This document shows positions 51,385 through 64,000 of a stretch of 64,000 bases of DNA, piece by piece. Below the pieces are notes generated by a model. The model was not told where the DNA came from. It worked only from the letters and a program-made list of their open reading frames with translations, and ran no database searches. Numbering within the stretch: position 1 is the first letter of the stretch; each line of letters begins with the position of its first letter. The stretch comes from Penicillus capitatus (taxonomy: Eukaryota > Plantae > Chlorophyta), in the NCBI GenBank assembly GCA_965649825.1, contig OZ287697.1:1846351-1910350 (forward strand), written 5' to 3'. The position numbers and the translations under genes were made by a program.

Positions 51385-53253
51385 ATGAAGATCCCACGCA
51401 ACAAAGCGGCGAAAGGCCAGCAGACGAAAAACCGTCAGAAAGCGGGCAGTCAGGTCCGTTCGACATCGTGGTGGACACTCAGAGTGAACGTAGCGGTTTA
51501 GAGGCGAAGAGAACAGCAGGATCGCACTGCTCCACCGCCGCCAGTTCCGAAGGTACGGCACCTGTAAAGGGGTTCAGATAATAGGATTCACTGCACTAGG
51601 TCTGGCAACCGTCGGATGCGCTTGAAGAGGATGAAGAGCTCGATTTTGATATCCGTGCCTACGACTGCCTTGTTCGTTTCACAGACACGTGGCCTGCTCT
51701 CAGGTACCATACATGAGGAGATCTGAAAGTGTGACGGATGTGTGATGTGACAGTTTGGACGTCGTGCCCGATCCTGCAGGGGTGAGTTCGGGCGAGGCAG
51801 ACACCGTTTACTTCCTCTCTGGCTCTCAAGCGCCAAATCCACGCGACAATTACATCAGTGTGACCAAAGTGCAGAACATTCGAAGGTTCAAGCACAAGGA
51901 GGAGAAATCGGATGAGACATCGAGCGAAGATTCAGAAGATGAGGTCAATCGCACATTCAATTTCTCACACTTTTGTGTGAGACTGGCGAAATGTGTGCAG
52001 TCCAGTTCGGCATCGTCGTCCGAAGAGAGCGCAAAAGAAGTGTTCTTTCAGCAACGTCTTCGGCATTTGGGTGGCATCAACCGCCTCCGCTGCCTTCCAC
52101 AGGATCCGCGTGTTGCAGCGGTATGGAGCGATAAAGGACTTGTCGAAGTGCGTCCCATCCCTTCCCGTATTCGTGATCCACGAGAGCGGCCTTGTGGGCA
52201 GATCTATGATGTGACAGCTGCTTTGAATCGCGTGCAAGACAATCAATCCACGGCAGATTCGGCGCCGTCCGATGCATTGTTTGCACACAAGCATGAAAGC
52301 GAAGGCTTTGCTCTGGACTGGTCACGAGTCAAGAAAGGACTGCTGGCCTCAGGTAAGAGATGCCGCTCGAGATGGACTCCATGTATGACACAGAAAGACA
52401 GGAGATTGCGCACGTGGCTGCAACGTCTGGCAGCCTAAAGAAAACGGCCAATGGACGATCCTGCCATGCACAGACGGTCATACAGCGTCTGTTGAGGACA
52501 TTCAGTGGAGTCCAACCGAAGAGACGGTCTTCGCCTCGTGCTCGATGGACAAGACGATCAAAATCTGGGACTCGCGTGACACGTGTGATCCCTTCTCACA
52601 CATTCTTTGCTAAACGATTTCTGTGTCAGCAACGGAGCGCGATTGACAGTGAAAGCGAGCGAGACAGATGTCAATGTCTTGTCGTGGAATAAGGTTCGTC
52701 CGATGGACGGGATATCGAGGGATGGTCGAGGATGTGTTTAGGATGTGACGTACATGTTGGCTTCGGGAGACGACCATGGGGTCTTGCGAATCTGGGATTT
52801 GCGGAATTTTGCTCAGGGGGATAGTGTGGCCGAATTTCATTTTCATAAGAAAAGCATCACCTCGGTGGAATGGTGTCCTCATGAATCATCTATGATTGCA
52901 ACATCATCTGATGATCATCAAATCGCCGTAGACTTTTGAGATTCTGAACGAGAAGGGTGGCGATACTGAAGTGGTGGTGCTAGATTTGGGATCTGGCTTT
53001 GGAGCGTGATCCGGAAGAGGAGGCTCAGTTTGCTGCACCGAAGAATGCTCAGTTGCCGGATGATGTGCCGCCACAGTTGCTGTTTCTTCATGCAGGTTGG
53101 TTCGCACGCAGATCTGAGTGGCGGCTGCGGTGAAATGTCTTCTGTTTAGGGCAAAAGAACATCAAGGAGCTGCACTGGCATCCACAGATTCAAGGAATGA
53201 TACTCAGCACGGCAGAGGATGGTATTAATCTCTTTAAAAGTGCAAATCTCTAA
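51385..53253 (+). CDS. GRWD1: Glutamate-rich WD-repeat protein GRWD1/Rrb1, multi-exon
   Basis: VWQP...[12 protein letters not shown]...WPALS; YFLSGSQA; acidic tract; [10 protein letters not shown]; [11 protein letters not shown]; [15 protein letters not shown]; [16 protein letters not shown]; PPQLLFLH; KELHWHPQI. Confidence 0.93.
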
Positions 53254-54117
53254 TGCGTATCTTGTCCTAACGATTTCTGCCTGAGTCATCTATTGCGACT
53301 TGCAGCTTGTGCACATCTTTCTGGTGCCTTGTTAACAAGGAAAATTCGAATGTTCCTTGTGTAATGTCAGCATTCAATCCTTGAGTCGAGATGTGTTGGT
53401 CGGACAACTGAGTGCAATTGTGCTCCTTTACGTCGTTCTCGGGCAAATTGTGATAGAGAGCGATAGCGTCGCCGTGTCGAACAAACACGCGTAGCTAAAG
53501 TTCTGACAACTTGTGTTGGACAGAGAGTTAGGTTTTATGGACTGTAGACCGCGATCCACTGTACACTAATCTTGACATGTCTTGTTGCAAAGCAGACGAC
53601 TCTTGAATATTTGACTGCCAAACTCCATGTCCTCTCCGTCGTCACATCTTGATCTTTTACGACTTGATTAAGTCGAATTGAGATCGATATGCCCAATATC
53701 TTCGTTCTTCTCCCACGCATATCCGAATTCTACAGAATCAAGATTTCCTTGAACATCTTCGCCTGTCAAGAGCAACGACATTGATCTGCGGAGACAAAAA
53801 AAGCTCTGTTCGTACTGTGCGTTATTCGTCGATGACACGGGAGGAACAAGAGGCGAAGAGTCGCGGAAACACAATGCTACAGGCACGATCGTTTAACTTC
53901 CCTTTTTGATGTCAGGTAGTTGATTTCATCACTTCATCTAATATCATTCTTTTTGATGGATTGAAGCGATGGCAGAGTAAAGACGGGTCAACAAACAATC
54001 ATTCAATTTAACTCGTGTTCGTTTCGCCACTACCTCGATAATGCACATGCGCGTCGACGGCGTCCGACCCACCACGTTCGCCGCACGACAGTCTGGTTTC
54101 GGAGCAGGGCTAGGTCT

Positions 54118-56473
54118 TCAAGTGTTGCCGCTTGCGCATGGAGCTGTCACTGTCAGGACGCGCTTTGGAGCCAAATCACGGCCGCACGAACCTACAAACA
54201 TCCACGGAGACATCTGAAGCTGCGTCGTCTGGGTCGGAGCTACAGGTCCAATCTGGTGGTCGTGGCTTTGGGCGCTCATCTTTCGAGGCAAACCACCATC
54301 GGTGGTAGTTGTCGCCGAGATTTTCATGGCGATGGGACTGTCTTGTTGGAGGGGGCTGTAAAAGGGCCAGTGGTTGTCCTATCAGAAGAACCTCGTGAAC
54401 GCCAAAGGGTACTTTCCTCTGGCTCTGAAAACGCACTGACTCATCTACCTGGCTTGTCGCATCACTTGGACGGATAGAAGGGCTAAAACGCACTACACTT
54501 TTGTCTTTTGACTTCTGTTGTATTCTCGTTTGTTGTGAAAGCCTTGTATCACCCTGGCTAATGACGACGCCTAGCGAGATATTCCGCGTACGCCTGTTTC
54601 ATACTCACCACCGTACCCGACCTTCCAGGAGCGTCTCGATCGCTTTCGCCAAGGAGAAAAAGCAGATCTCCTCCATCGAGATGCGGACCGGGTCGTAGAC
54701 AACACGGAAATCTACGATACAAAGCGAAGTTGTGGGGACAAAAGCACTGACTTCGTGGCTTTTACCCCCGAAGATTTGATAATGACAGTGCCGTCCGAGG
54801 CAGCCATTGACGAAGAGCAATCCATTACATCGACCGGCGACAGTAGTCTGCGAGCCGACCGAACATCGTGTAGGTTGTAACGGCGCCTTCGTCTACATGT
54901 CCGCCGTTCTAGCGAAAGCTGGAGAGTTAGTTGGCCATCTTTGTTATCTGTCAGTTCGGCCGACTCCTCTAGTCGTCGCTCGTGTTCACAGAGGGTTTTG
55001 TCGATGCGGCGTGTGTCTTCCTCAGCCTCATTCGCGAAATGGAAACGGTAACCCAAGCAGCGGTGGTGTGGTTCGTGGGGATGAACGTCATCGCACGGGG
55101 TGATGCGTCTGGTGTCGCCGTATGCTGCGATCTCAGCGATTGCGATAAGACTATGTCACCTACCGGTCGTTCAGCTATTTCGGTACCTTTGGTCGTGGAT
55201 TCCGTCCTTTTCCGCTGCCATGCGCTGGCGCGGAAGCTCACAAGTTTCTTTAGGAATGTAACCATTATCTTCTAGAAGTTCGTCTCCATGGAGAACTACA
55301 AAGCCATTGTACGTGTTCACGATCATAGAGTCACATGGCCATTTACTTTGGAGCTTTGTAGTATGAATTTTTATCTCTTTGTGAACGGCCGTGAGTTGAT
55401 CTGGAGCTCTGCACTCTGCATAACCTTTTTTAGCGAACATCTTGGGACGTCTCGCAGCACGCCCAAACACATCCGCTCTGTAAAGATCCGTCTATGTTTG
55501 TCCATCCGTGTCATGGACGTAGGGTTGACAACGGGGAGGTGCGACGCAGAAGACATCGCCGCACGCGCAAAATCTAACCGTTCTTCATTCGTCGTTTCAG
55601 CGTCGCCCTCTGCAAAAGGCAAGATCCTTTCGCCGCCTCGAAAAACATCGTCAATACGCCAAGTCCGAGCAAAAAGGTCCTTTGCTTCATGGCGGCGATA
55701 ATGCACCGGCGCTCGGACCACTATCTCTTCAGATATTCCCATCGAGTTAGCGCAAAGCGCGTATCCTTCTGTAATCCGGCGATGTGTGTGTAAACCGCCA
55801 TCACAGGTTGCAGCGTTTTCAAGAGTCCGTGCATCCGACTGCCGAGTCGAGCAAAGCAGCGTCGATGAGACATCGCACCCGCGAGCACAGCAGATGAATC
55901 CGTCACCATGATTTTGTGAATGAAAAGCAAAAGACATAGAAACGCAGACGACGATGGAAGGATGTTAGAATAGAGATGCTGGACACGTTGGCAAATCTTT
56001 TTAAGCCCGCGGTGACGGTTTGTAAGATCAGTGAAGTGACAGGGAGGACGGTATCGTTTGGATGGGATCCTCCACTGGCGATAACCGTTGGACGGTATCC
56101 CATCGATCGCCGTCGGCCGCGTCGGATGGGTGTCTAGATTTGCGCAGCATCCGTGTGGCGAACGAGGCAGTATTGCCACGATAACCGCTTTCCCGAAGGC
56201 GCCAGTCGATGACAGCACCGCCCGAGTCTGCGCTGCCAAGGCCGAAATAGCATGCCTCGTTTGGAGTTCAAATTTACTACGCATTATGCAAAATAACAGC
56301 GCCATGCGTACGGCAAAAATGGAACGGAAATTACCCACGGAGGCCATCTGTGTCTTGACCTCTCCGTAGTGTAGCGGGGGAGGATTAGGTGTTTTAACGA
56401 ATGCATTGTCTGGTGAGGTCGTCACCTGAAGGAGCCTTTCGTTTTGCGCCTCTTTTTGCATATCTCCCTTCAT
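54118..56473 (-). CDS. Probable multi-exon hypothetical protein; exon structure not resolved
   Basis: A chain of overlapping minus-strand ORFs with protein-like segments (e.g. VDFRVVYDPVRISMEEICFFSLAKAIETLLEGR) separated by short GT-AG candidates. No family recognised. Confidence 0.35.
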
Positions 56474-56730
56474 TTCATACAGCTGATCTATGACTCAGGA
56501 GATTTCGAAACTCGTAAGTCTGAGAACGGACGCATCGATCGATAGGCATCGCAACGATCATGCATGTCTTCTGCTTCGATGGCGTCGTCGTCGAGCCACG
56601 ACGGACGCCGCTCGAAAAGGCAGCGTGCGTAAATTCTCGCGTCTGACGGTTATTGCATTCGCGTCCATGACCAAGGCTTACGCATCGTCACATGTCTAAT
56701 TGAACGCACTGAGTCAATACCAACAGCGAT

Positions 56731-59700
56731 ATGTGTGTGGGCAGTGAAAGTCTATGGTCGTCGTTCGGCGAAGTCAACAACGCCGACTGTACGCGTCTGC
56801 GAAGAATACAACTTGTCATTTTCATCCTTCTGGTACTCAGTCAACCAACGGGAGCAGCGTCAAAGGACCCAGGTACGTCCCAAAAATGCCACATCACCCG
56901 TTTCCGTCTCAAAGACGACCTTAAGCAAAACCGCCTTCTTTTTCAAGACATCGTCCCATGTCCGCCGCGGTCGTTGAATTTTGCAATTGTGCTTGAAGAG
57001 ACTTGGCCGAAAGCGGTTGCGCATGGAGGGCGACAAAACTTCGATTCAGCGTCCGATTCGACGTCGTTGTCTTTGGCGACCGCGACAAACGACACGAGCG
57101 ATGTGACGCAGCCACGTGATACGTCTTCTGAAGCGACAACCCGTCGCGGCCTTCGACAGTACGCATCGGAGGATCCGTCTGACGTGTCTTCGGGTAAGGC
57201 ACCATCTCGCTGCCATCTGGGAGAGCCCACCCGCCTGCGTTAACAGAGCATGTTTGTACGTTGGAAGACACAGAAGTCGAGCGGTATCTGAACGCGTCAT
57301 CTCGAACATGGCTTGTCCAGGAGAGTGATCTTGGACAGGTGCGAGATGATCTGCAGAGAGTGATCGATTGTACGACACCGGGGGATTATGTAATGCTGAA
57401 TGCAACGGGCCCCGTCCAATTGCAGAACCGTGTGGTCGTACCCTGGAACCTGACTGTTGGAGGCTATGTGCCGCAGACGCCTGTGAATGGCGAAATTTAT
57501 CCAGAAGCAACGGAGAAGACGGTAATGATATGCCCACGAGAAAACAGAGGCGTCTTTTTTGTGAAGTAAGAGTATCTGAGGGAATGGCGGCGCCTTCATG
57601 GAAGGCGGTTTGTTGTCAGGTCATTTGATGTGACGTTTGCGAATCTGGAGTTCACGCAGTGTTCACTCATGTCCAAAAGATCGCCCACGGCCATTATTGA
57701 AGTCCAGGGATGTGACAGCGCTTCGATGAACGGTACCGTTCAACTGCACCACGTCCACTTTCGCCGCAATCGCTTACGGGCGTCTGCCATGATCTCGATG
57801 TTGGCTCCCTCATGCTCGGCGCTGGTAATGAATGAGGTGCGCTTTTCGAACAATGAATGCAATGGCATCTGTGGGGCATACATGTCGATGAAGAACACAC
57901 TGAAAAATATCACGGTGCAAAACAACAAGAACAATATCGACAACGATGCACCCGTGATGCTGTATGCTCCCGACGGATCGAACACGACGGCAGAAGACAT
58001 CGTCGCCGTGTCCAACACAGGCACCGTCCTGCATGTCGTCACCAATGCTTCGCTGGAGATCTCGGAGTCGATTTTTTTCCGAAATGCCAGAGGCGAATCG
58101 TACGGCGATGTCGCTCCGAGAAGCGTCCCGTTCGATGCCATTCCTTTCAGCGCCTCCATCCATCTCTTCGAAGCTTCCGCCAGAATCTGGAACAGCCGTT
58201 TTGTTGGGAACAGTGGCGTGTATGGACCGGCCGTCGTCGTCGTTGAATCCAATCTGACCCTCTTCAACTCCACGATGGAGGACAATACGGGATCCCGGGG
58301 AGGCGTCGTTTACGTGAAGTCCAGCATGGTCAATATCACGAATACGAGCTTTTCTGGAAACAAGGCCTTGGATAACGGCGGCGTGGGTCGGGTGATCTAC
58401 TCTGAGATGGACATCAAGGGATGCACGTTTCACAAGAACCGTGCTGAACTGGAAGGAGGCACGTTCTTTGTGTCTCGCTCGACCATTCTCTGCCGTGGAA
58501 CGACCTTCTCAGAGAACTCTGCCAGCGAAGGTGGGGCTTTTTTCTTCACTGCTCCCTCGGAGTTCCTCATCTTCGAATCAAACTTGTCTGCGAACAGCGC
58601 CGAAACTGGCGGCGCACTTTCTCTGTATCGCGGCAGCAGAGGAATTGTCCAAGATTCCACGTTTTTCCGGAACACGGCAGAGAGTAGCGGCAGTTTCTGC
58701 CATGCCAACATCGACACGACGCTGTTTGTCAATTACTGCCAGATTGCTGAGAACACGGCGACGGCGTTGTTTGTCACGCGCGACAGCACTGTCGAGATCC
58801 AGCATTCCAACTTTACTTCCAATGTGGCCGACGGCATATCTGGCGGCGCCATCTTCTGTAGCTTCAATTGCACATTGCTGATGAACCACACGACCTTCAC
58901 CAAGAACAAAGCCCTCACTGGTGGTGCCTTTGCGATGGCAGAATTATCCCTGGGAGAAATCGAGAACTGTCGGTTTGAGAACAATGTCGCAGATACAGAC
59001 GGTGGTGTGGGTCATCTGGACGAGGGATCGAATGCCACAGTGAACAGCAGCACCTTCCATATGAACGAGGCGCCCCGGGGAGCAGGACTCCAACTGATGG
59101 CACATTCAAATATGGTCGTGAGATACTCAGATTTTTTCAATGGGGCATCGGACAGTGGAGCCGCCATTCATGCATTGGAAAACTGCTTCGTGGGCATCCA
59201 TCATTCACTCTTCGAGAACAACAGTGTCACAGAGAGGGGCGGGGCGATTGAAATCACCAGTGGTCATTGCGCCATGCTGCATTGCATCTTCCAAGGCAAC
59301 CGGGCCGAAAGGAGCGGAGGAGCCGTGTTCCTCGCTTCCTCCACACTTACGTCTTCAGATATCAGCTTCCACAGAAATGCAGCAAGGACCGTTGGTGGGG
59401 CAATCCATGCCTCGTACGACACAAGCCTTAATATGAACCATACGATCTTCTCCAATAACCAGGCGAGTAAAGGGGGATCTCTGGATGTGGCTAACTCAGT
59501 GGCAACCATCAAGTTCTCTCAGTTCATCAACGAGACAGCTGATGGTCAAGACAGCAGTACAGGCGGTGCGATTTACGCACTCCGTTCGAAGTTAAACATC
59601 CAGCACGTTAAGATGGCTGCAAATCGAGCAGTTCACGGTGCAGATCTCTCAGCTGAACAAGCGGAAGTGACAATGGTGAACTATTCGACAACAATGGGTT

Positions 59701-62700
59701 TCGCTGCGGAAGAAGGTGGATCGATCAAAGCCGTCGAAGACAGCACTGTCAACTTGAGCAACGCATCCTTTACCAGAGCAAGGGCAAAGAAGACAGGCGG
59801 AGCCATCCTCTTGCAGCGAAGCAGATTGAGAGGGACGGAGATCAACATTACCGATTGCCAAGCGAGACACGGAGGAGCGATCTATGCCGCAACGTCTGTA
59901 TCCGTCCTCTGTTCCAACTGCACCTTTGAGAACAACACGGCTGACGATCAGGGCGGCGGTGTCTACCTCAGCTCCGAGTTGCCACAGTCTGTGGCCTTTC
60001 AGTTCGAAAACTGCCGTTTTGCTGGCAACGAGGCAGACCGTGGAGGGGCCATGCATGTCCTTGGAGAAGACAGAATCATCAACTGCACGGATCCCCGCGC
60101 AGACTGTACCTTCGTCGCCTTGAGCGGCACGATCTTCACTCACAACAGGGCCCACGTTGCCGGCGGCGCCGTCCTTGCCAGTGATCTGAACATGATCCAT
60201 CTCAACTGCACGGCAAAAGAGAGCAACACAGAGCCGGAGTTTTTTGACAGATTTGGAGACCTCCAGTACATGGATGTCCTCAATCACTTCAACAGTGTCT
60301 GTCCAGATTGGACAGGCAACGAAGCCGGTGTGTATGGAGACGTGATCGGATCCTATGCCAGCCGCCTGAAAAAATGGCTGCAGGATGGGCAGTCCAATTC
60401 AACCGTCGAGATTATTGGCAATCGATACCGTATCGAAGACCACCAAAGCGGATTCCTCATTCCCATCGTCTTCCTGCAAATGGTGGATGCCCTGGACCAG
60501 GGGCCAGTCACAGGGATTGGCAACAAGCCGATCAGTGCGGTCATGCAATCACCTGACGGTCTCTTCACGGGCGAATTGAAGCTAGAGCTGGAAGGAGGGG
60601 CTGGGAACTTCTCGGGCGTGGCTGGATACGTCCGACCTGGAGACTACGATGTGAAGATCAGTTTCGATCAGCGTAACTTGCCTCAACTGATCCTCACGAT
60701 CGAGATCCGCAATTGTACCATTGGAGAGTCTATCGCTGCAAATGGAACGTACTGTCAGCCGTGCAGCGGAGATACTTACAATTTCTTCCCTGAGGACGCC
60801 GGCTGCGTTGCTTGCCCTGAGAATGGCAAATGCGATTCTGTGGCGATTCGTCCCAGGCCTGGATACTGGCATCCCATTCCATGTGCCACCCACGTCCAGG
60901 AGTGTCTGACAGAACGGGCATGCGATTCGGGAGACCGAGATGAGAAGCTGAAGGAAGTGGTGAGCGGAATGAAGGATTGCAATTTTTCGTCGACCTTCGT
61001 CAAAGACTACCAGGTCGCTTTATGTCGAAAGGTCTCCCGCGGAGGACATCTCTCCCTCGTTATCGATGGATGGTGTCTGTAGGGTTATAAGGGTCCGCTG
61101 TGTGGCTCCTGTGATGATGGCTACGGTCGGACGCAGTCTCTGCGCTGCGAGCGGTGCAAGATGGGATGGAGCAATTATCTGTTAGTGTTGGTATCGGTCA
61201 TTGTCATGTTTGGTCTGACCGGGTTTACCGTGAGAAGCAGCATCAGTACTGGCCACAATCTTAGAGAAAAGCGACGCGGGTCCATTACCCGTCCACGGGG
61301 TCTAGGCAAAGAAGTTGCTGGTCCCTCGACCTCAGAAGCCGCCTCGAAATCGTCCGATGAGCGTGCGATCACCGAATCGCCTTCGACGGCAGTATCTGAG
61401 AGCAACGATGAGACTGCTGATGATGAAGCGATCTCGACGAGGCAAGTCCTTAACGCCAGAGAGAATGAGCTCAAGCAATGGAGAGCCGCAGAGATCCTGA
61501 AGGTGTCAGCCACTGACCCATCACTCGATACCATCAGCAAACGTTGTCTGTCCTGCAGATCACCATTAACTACCTGCAAGTCATCTCCATTGCCGTCTCA
61601 CTCAATGTCAGGTGGACGGACAGTGTTGTCTCTGCTTTCGAAGTTGCAGGTGCGTTGTTCATGAACCCGTTCTCTGTGCCCTTGTCTAAATGTCTGTCTG
61701 TTCAGAGTTTCTCGGAGGATTGACGACCGAAGCGACGGTTCGTTCGTTTGACTGTCTGATCACGGAAGATGCAGCCCTGCCCAGATCGGTGATCTTGACG
61801 ATCGTGAGCCTCTCCGTGCCTGTCGCCGTGTGGTGCATCTACTTTTTTATCTGGTTGCTTTACAAGTTCCGCCACGCCCAATCCTTCAGCTATCTCATCC
61901 AGAGAAGCCTCCTGAGTCTGAACGTTGTCTCCTATGTGGCATACATCGGTGTGACGAAAACGGTCGTCAATATTCTGAACTGCATTAAAGTACATGACTC
62001 TACTGTTTTTCTTAAGGACAGTACCACCTACTACTGGGCTGTTGACACATCACAGGAATGCCTGTCAGGCACACATGCTGTCCTGGCCGGCGTTGCTGGA
62101 TTTCCTATCCTCATTCTTTTCTCCATTTCTTTCCCCCTCGTATCTGCCGCCATCCTTCTGACCCGAAGATCGCGAACAACCTTGGTCAACAAGTGGCTTT
62201 TTGCCACTGCCGGTTTCATGTATCGATCGTATAGCACGAAGTTTATCTTCTGGGAATCTATTATCATGTTGAGGAAGGCTCTGTTGGCAATTGTCGTTGT
62301 GTTTGCTTATCCTTTGGGTGGAAATCTGCAGGGTGTTCTCAGTTCTTGCGTTTTGATCATTGCGCTGTATGTTCAAGCTTACTGCTGTCCTTATCGCAAC
62401 GATTACAAGGAACTCAATTTCTATGAAGGTCTCTCTCTTCTGGTCTCGACCCTCACCTTCGTAGCGGGTCTTTTCTTCAATGACACCCGTACCTCCAATA
62501 CGAGCCGTATCCTGTTAACGGTCGTTGTCTTTCTCCTGAATGTCGCTTTTCTGCTTTTCTTGGTCATTACCTTTGGACGTAGCTGCATGGACGTGCTCAA
62601 GAGAATTCTGGCGTCTAAGGAACCTTATGTATCCGATCCGTCAAACCTTCGCCGTCTGTTGATGGCACATGCCAGGACTCGAATGACAAGAGTCCAAACA

Positions 62701-62763
62701 TTTCTGGAGAAATTCTCCCGAAACAATTCGATGAGGGAGGAGAGAGAACTCGAGCTCGTCTGA
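56731..62763 (+). CDS. Large cell-surface protein: N-terminal hydrophobic segment, right-handed beta-helix (Pmp-like GGA(I/V)/FxxN repeats), Cys-rich region, about 9-TM C-terminal domain; 6 exons
   Basis: Introns 57194..57246, 57566..57619, 61032..61082, 61503..61558 and 61650..61705 give one continuous frame. Many FxxNxAxxGGA motifs; CQPC...CVACP...GYWH...CGSC...CERC; ILKITINYLQV and FWESIIMLRKALL TM motifs. Confidence 0.9.
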
Positions 62764-63281
62764 ATCTGTGTGTGGGTTGGTCGATTCTTATAAGGCACGT
62801 TTTGCGGGTGTGTGCCAGACTCGATCTATAATTCTCTCTCCTCCGAGTTATTTCAACTCAAGATTTAGTACCGATGTCATTAATCATCTTTTCCTCGATG
62901 GTCCAAAGAGAGGCCCATGCATTTTTTCCCCGATGAGTTTAGACGGTCTTCCGATCATGAGACACACTAGGTAGCAATTTCGAGTCGCTCAAGAGACACC
63001 GACTCACGGTTGATCTATCTATTCATACCCCCGTCACCTCAGAGACTTTTTTATTCTCTTATTTGTTCAGGAATGCACTGTGTCGTACATTACATTCTAG
63101 AGCTGTTACGGTTTCCGCGACATCTGCCTTTGTCAAGACCGGTTGATACATACATGTGTGACAACATTCTTTGCTGTTTGTTGGGGTGCTACTTAATGCG
63201 TTGTCCCATTCGTACATCGCTGTCTTGTCTACCCTCAACCTACGGACGTCACGTCGCCGTTCATTTCGATCGATCGCGGCG

Positions 63282-64000
63282 TCATGCGTTGTGACGTTGA
63301 TCGATCGAACCGCGAAAGAAGATCGGAATCATCGTCCGGCTGGCCAACGTTCCTCCTGGCAGCTCGCCGCACGTCGTGTCCATCACGGAGGCGCCGTTGT
63401 CGCACCACCGTCTTCCGTTTTCTTGCCGACGTGCGTCTCGCCACGTTTCGCTGTCCGATCCTTCTCCGATGACGAAGGTGCGACATCGTCGTCCGTCGGT
63501 CCTGGCGACTGGCCCAGTACCGTCCCTCAATGCGACACCGCGAAACCTGTCTGGCGTAGAAACGCAAGCAGCACGACCGTGTATCGGCCGCCAACAGGCG
63601 ACTGAGGAAGCAGCACATGATATCTTCTGTGCTCGCGACGAACGGTAAATCGCACAGCGGCTGCTTCGCGCACTTGGTGGCGTGACATGGTTGTCTGGAG
63701 CGCAGAGATGGCGGCGTCGAGTGCCTTTGGCGTTCTCAATCGACCCAACGGAAAATGGCGCGAACTGGGAGTTCGGATTCGATTCGAGCTGGAACTCGGA
63801 ACGAAGATGGTTGAGCGAGTGACGCGTCTGGCGCACGTCGAATTCTATGTAGCCTATCGTGCCGCCGTGGTAGCGGAAGAGCAGCGCGTTCAAGAGAGAA
63901 AGGAAGAGTTGGAGATCACTGGTCAAGGCACAAACCCAGTGCCGCGGCCAACAGACAAAGCGCTCACGGTCGTTCCTTATCCTTCCCTCGACGATCTGCT
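63282..64000 (-). CDS. Partial spliced hypothetical protein (5' end outside the window)
   Basis: A GTGAGC...ACCAG intron joins GKDKERP to DLQLFLSLLNALLFRYHGGTIGYIEFDV. The 3' end is unresolved and no family was recognised. Confidence 0.35.
   Translation of the reverse strand, partial: QIVEGRIRNDRERFVCWPRHWVCALTSDLQLFLSLLNALLFRYHGGTIGYIEFDVRQTRHSLNHLRSEFQLESNPNSQFAPFSVGSIENAKGTRRRHLCAPDNHVTPPSARSSRCAIYRSSRAQKISCAASSVACWRPIHGRAACVSTPDRFRGVALRDGTGPVARTDGRRCRTFVIGEGSDSETWRDARRQENGRRWCDNGASVMDTTCGELPGGTLASRTMIPIFFRGSIDQRHNA

Overview
Eukaryotic nuclear DNA, most likely from a green alga. Evidence: plastid-type DiT2, CRM-domain and organellar MetRS genes, plant-type S1FA and MMD1/MS1 homologs, and many short spliceosomal introns (about 47-60 nt where delimited). 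The genetic code is standard. An ulvophyte/Bryopsidales origin is only an inference. The window has two contrasting parts. (1) About 1.2-25 kb is a gene-sparse, intron-poor accessory island holding a NACHT-HEAT protein, an NB-ARC-TPR protein with ten near-identical 129-nt repeats, an F-box/LRR gene, and pseudogenes of an ankyrin protein and a beta-helix surface protein. (2) About 25-53 kb is a very compact, intron-rich housekeeping block (TMCO4, ATE1, BET3, CRM protein, amino-acid transporter, MMD1/MS1-like PHD, MetRS, DiT2, FIE, S1FA, TK1, VPS53, GRWD1). An intact large beta-helix/multi-TM surface protein follows at 56.7-62.8 kb. Best candidate for an undescribed system: the two NLR-like genes use different STAND NTPases and different sensor repeats but share a colinear helical N-terminal domain of about 400-450 aa, suggesting a modular algal NLR repertoire. 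Second lead: an orientation-independent AAAGWGTGA/GATGTGAC motif family recurring in introns and intergenic spacers. No rRNA, tRNA, CRISPR array or transposase was recognised. All splice models were inferred by eye.
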